Positions 60,053 to 64,000 of a stretch of 64,000 nt of DNA are shown here, piece after piece. Below the pieces are notes generated by a model. That model was given only the letters and a program-made list of their open reading frames with translations. It searched no databases and was not told the DNA's origin. This DNA is from Cetorhinus maximus (lineage: Eukaryota). The number at the start of each line of letters is the position of its first letter. Position 1 is the stretch's first letter. The stretch is from NCBI RefSeq assembly GCF_964194155.1, contig NC_135882.1, forward strand, positions 135,470,001 through 135,534,000, read 5' to 3'. Both the position numbers and the translations under genes were made by a program.

Positions 60053-61524
60053 AAACACGCAGATGCAGTCTATGAAAAATAAGGCACAATGGGATCCTCA
60101 TACACAAATTTGCTGATGCGGCGGGGGAGGGGGGCAGCTTTGTTTTTTGGAGCATTCTCCTCTTCTGCACCTCCTTAAAGGGGCCAAACAAAGTCTTCAA
60201 TCCCACTACCATGTCCCAGCCAGGTAAGTGTAAGTGCTGGGAGAGGATTGCTAAGATACAAGGCACTTTGGAGAGACGGGGAACCAGACTGAGATTTTAA
60301 AAGCTGAGGAGAGCTCACATGAAGGTCAGGTTTGTTGTCGTACAGAGGCACAGACCAGACCAGGTTTGACTCCTGATCTGTATCAGTCATAGGCAGAATG
60401 TTGCTAAAGGCTTTGGGCAAGGGAGGGAGTTAGTTGTAATGTTGATGATCCTGACTGTCATCTGGTAAGTTATGCAAGAAAGTGCATGTGGACAGGTAAC
60501 CAGTGATACAAACTTACAAAAATAATATGCAGGAAAAGACCGGCTGGTCTATCAAGCCTGCCCCACACTCAATAGCTGGAGCATCATGATTAGATACTTC
60601 CCCACCCCCTCCCCTTATTTCTCTTGCCTCCCCCCTGCAAAAGCCATGTAATCTCTTGAGGGAAAGAAAATCCTATGTCAATATGAGGAAAAAATTTCAG
60701 AAATTCCTTTCCAACCTCCTCAGTTGATCGAAACTTGTCCAGGAAATCACACTGACCGTACGTATGTTAACTCTTAATCTACTTACCTTATATTTGGCAC
60801 ATCTGTGGCCCAGCCAAGAACCAGTGTTGCTTCTTTTTGAGGCGTGTGGAGAGATAGCAGACACCACACAATTATTCTCTTGGGAAAAGAACTGGCTAAC
60901 ATTTAGCCTATTCCTACCCTTTCGTAGATTAAGTACCTGACCCAGTCCTCCCCAATTTGAGAAACTGAAATAATAATGAAATAGTGGTGATAAGGTCAGA
61001 CCTGGTTATTTATGATACTCGTGGCTCGATATCCTGCCATCATTTAAGGGTACATTATTGATCCGACATAGGCAAGGGTGCAGTCCCACTGAAAGGATAC
61101 ATGGATTAGTGATGGGCTGACAACATCTTGACTTCCAGTTCCTCTGGCTCTAGCACTGAGGTAACACAAACTAATTAGGCTCACACACAATAACCACTAA
61201 AAAGAGAGGCTTGTGTCTCTGCATGTTAGCCCAAGTCAGCAGAGGTAGGGCGAGAATTAGGAAACAAATGGTGAAAACAATTAATGAGATGAAGTTCAAT
61301 TAGAAGGGGTCGCTGTCAATGGTTTGGGAGCCTGCTACTAATCTGGAAATTTCTCTTCTGCCCCAGGCAATCTCATTTTCATTCCAAACACAAACTTCGA
61401 ACAACCTGGAAAAAGTAAAAGCAGGTGTTGATCCAAGTAACATCCCATGGGAATTCAGCTTTTTACATGTAAAATCAAACATGTTCCTCACACTTGGAAT
61501 GTTACTACTCTAGCTTAAAATACA

Positions 61525-62120
61525 TTGAATTTTCAGGCCTCCCTCTGGCAGTCACAGGGTGGCAGTCTTGAATCAAGGACGGGGGGGGTGGGGTGGGGGG
61601 GTGGGGGGCGGGGTGTGGCAATGACTTCAGTGGGGGCAGTGGTGGCAATGATTTACCACCCTGTTCCCACTGCTGCTATGCAACAATGTTCCAACCTGAG
61701 ACTGCTGTTGGGCATCCAGAATGCCACCCCTCTCCTTAATCAGGCACTAAGGAGACTGAAAGGCTTACTCCTGTTCCTGTGTTAGGCAGAAATTTGTGTC
61801 TGATACTGTACAGAGGCATTCAATTGCCATATTTTGGAATGAACGTGTGCCATTCCCATTCAAACTGTTTTCAGACCATTACCAACATGCATCATTTCCC
61901 CCTCTCTGGCCCCTCCCCACCTCCTAGAGACTGGGGCGGTGGGGAGACATTCCCCTACCGATCTACTGGCACCAAGGCCGCCTGAGTTGTCCTATATTAC
62001 GGCCTCAGTCTGGAATCCCAGTGTTAACAAGGCCTGGTCCTCAGGATGAACTCTGCTCCTGATGTGAAATTTGGGTGATTGGCCAGCGGCGCAAATTCAG
62101 CTTTGCGGAAAATCCACCCC
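61525..62120. mobile_element. Degenerate Harbinger-type MITE
   Basis: ttgaattttc ... gaaaatccacccc termini. Confidence 0.45.
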
Positions 62121-63060
62121 AATGGCTCTTAGAGGGGATACCTTAGAGATGAACAAGCTGATCTCTCATCAAGCATCATGCTGACAATTAGCTGCCAAGT
62201 TGGAGCTCCACTGAACTCAGTCTTCTTATTAAGACTGCTGACCAGGTGCGCCCTATGGAGAAGTAGCCTAAATAGATATCGGCATAGATCAATTAGAGTT
62301 CAACTGTTGAAGGAGGTTTCTATAGATTGGCAGCTGCTTGCAAATCTCTTGCTCCTGTAACTGTAGAGAGACCAGGTTTAGAAGATCAGGAAAGCAGCAG
62401 GAAATGACTGGCTGTCTCTTTTTTCTGTTTGGAATCCTGGCATCTGTCTGAGGTCTAACGTCTGAAATTCAAAGGATGCATGCTAGATGCAAGAAATAAA
62501 TATATATTGGCTGATAACCAGTGGCCTGGTTCATGGTGAGTCAATGGGTGGTATGCAGCCATTTGGCAGACAACACTCACAGGCAGCAGCGAAGAGCAAT
62601 GAGCCTGGGGGAATGGAGCTCACATGGAGGGGTCTGGAACAAGGACAGGAGCCAGGGTTGGGAGTAGGTGTGGGGGGCAGTAATGCAGGCACTAGATCAG
62701 CTTGACTTTGAATAGAGCCAGGGGACCAGGGCTGAGAGTTTTGGAGAATGAGACCAACATTTTAAATAGATCCAGAAGGCAGGTGAGAATTTTTATTGAA
62801 TATCAGTGGTGCTGGCTCTGTGGCCAACCCAGAGCAGTAGATATTGGCCCAGTTTGGCCTCATTGTGGCCTGAAGTGGGATGTAGCCTACGGGCCAGGAC
62901 ATAGTGTTCTGGAGCCAGGGTCAGCAAGGCAGTGAGGCACTAATTTTTATAGCAAATGTCTTTCTAAAATACATTCAAGTTTAAAAAAACCTCATAGTAT
63001 TAGAGTAAAACTGAAAACTGTAATAGATGGTAATCTTACAGCCAGCAAGTAAATTTTCAG

Positions 63061-63618
63061 CAAAAACAAAAATACCTGGAAAAACTCAGCAGGTCTGACA
63101 GCATCTGCGGAGAGGAACACAGTTAACGTTTCGAGTCCATATGACTCTTCAACAGAACTAAGGAGAAATAGAAAAGAGGTGAAATATAAGCTGGTTTAAG
63201 GTGGGGTGGGACAGGTAGAGCTGGATAGAGGGCCAGTGATAGGTGAAGATAACCAAAAGATGTCATAGACAAAGGGACAAAGAGGTGTTGAAGGTGGTGA
63301 TATTATCTAAGGAATGTGATAATAGGTGACATTAAGGGTAGAAAGCAGGACGAGCAAGGTACAGATAGCCCTAGTGGAGGTGGGGTGGGGGGAAGGGATC
63401 GAAATAGGCAAAAAGGTAGAGATAAAACAATGGATGGAAATACATTTAAAAATAATGGAAATAGGTGGGAAAAGAAAAATCTGTATAAATTATTGGAAAA
63501 AAAGGGGGATCAGAAAGGGGGTGAGGATGGAGGAGAGAGTTCATGATCTAAAATTGTTGAACTCAATATTCAGTCCGGAAGGCTGTAAAGTGCCTAGTCG
63601 GAAGATGAGGTGCTGTTC
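63061..63618 (-). mobile_element. Penelope-like element (family 1) 3' part with hammerhead
   Basis: Reverse-complement homolog of 37760-38310 with a 13-bp TSD (agtaaatYttcag). Confidence 0.9.
63120..63160 (-). ncRNA. Minimal type-I hammerhead ribozyme motif
   Basis: Minus strand: TAGTT-CTGtTGA-A-GAGTC-atatg-GACTC-GAAACGTT-AACTG. Confidence 0.72.
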
Positions 63619-63648
63619 AGTAAATCTTCAGATTGTGATGTCCTATTA

Positions 63649-63668
63649 GAGCACCATCTACTGGTGTC
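63649..63668 (-). promoter_or_regulatory. Candidate CTCF-binding motif
   Basis: Minus strand reads gacaCCAGTAGATGGTGCtc. Confidence 0.55.
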
Positions 63669-64000
63669 ACAAGGAAATATAACAAGATAATGTAGACATT
63701 TTAACATTGGAATTCAATAGAGGACATGATATTTGTAAAAAAATTATATATTTTATGCAAGAAAACCTCCATTTTACTTATAAGGGACACAGAAAGTAAA
63801 TATCCCCAGAATGCACAGAAGCTTCAACAGATATACATATATGGTATACTCCCATCCTTGTTTTCATATTTCTCCTTGGCTTTGCCTCTCTCTATCTCTG
63901 TAATCTCCTCCAGCCCCACAACCCCCTGGGATATCTAGGCTCCTCATATCTGACTTCTTGTGCATTCCGGATTTTAACCACTCCACCATGGTGGCTGTGC

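Overview
Eukaryotic, repeat-saturated DNA with no confidently identifiable host gene. The repeat families (CR1-type LINEs, Deu-domain/SacSINE1-like SINEs, Penelope-like elements, PIF/Harbinger MITEs) point to a vertebrate, most likely a shark or other cartilaginous fish (inference). The window holds two decayed but structurally complete Mag-like Gypsy LTR retrotransposons (906-6423 and 18219-22608, both minus strand), a third Gypsy fragment and several solo LTRs. It also holds a POGK/Passer-like pogo transposase relic, over ten Harbinger-type MITEs with 3-bp TSDs, and many LINE/SINE fragments nested in one another. Four observations stand out. (1) A minimal hammerhead-ribozyme motif recurs in Penelope 3' ends and in ~100-140 bp TSD-flanked mini-copies. 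(2) An apparently ORF1-less APE-RT LINE has a tRNA-like Pol III head, which it shares with short head+tail SINE derivatives. (3) A non-L1 LINE shows a twin-priming-like 5' inversion. (4) An unclassified element has ~60-bp TIRs, and three CTCF-like motifs are present. Almost all listed ORFs are transposon remnants or spurious. All calls were made by eye, without database searches.
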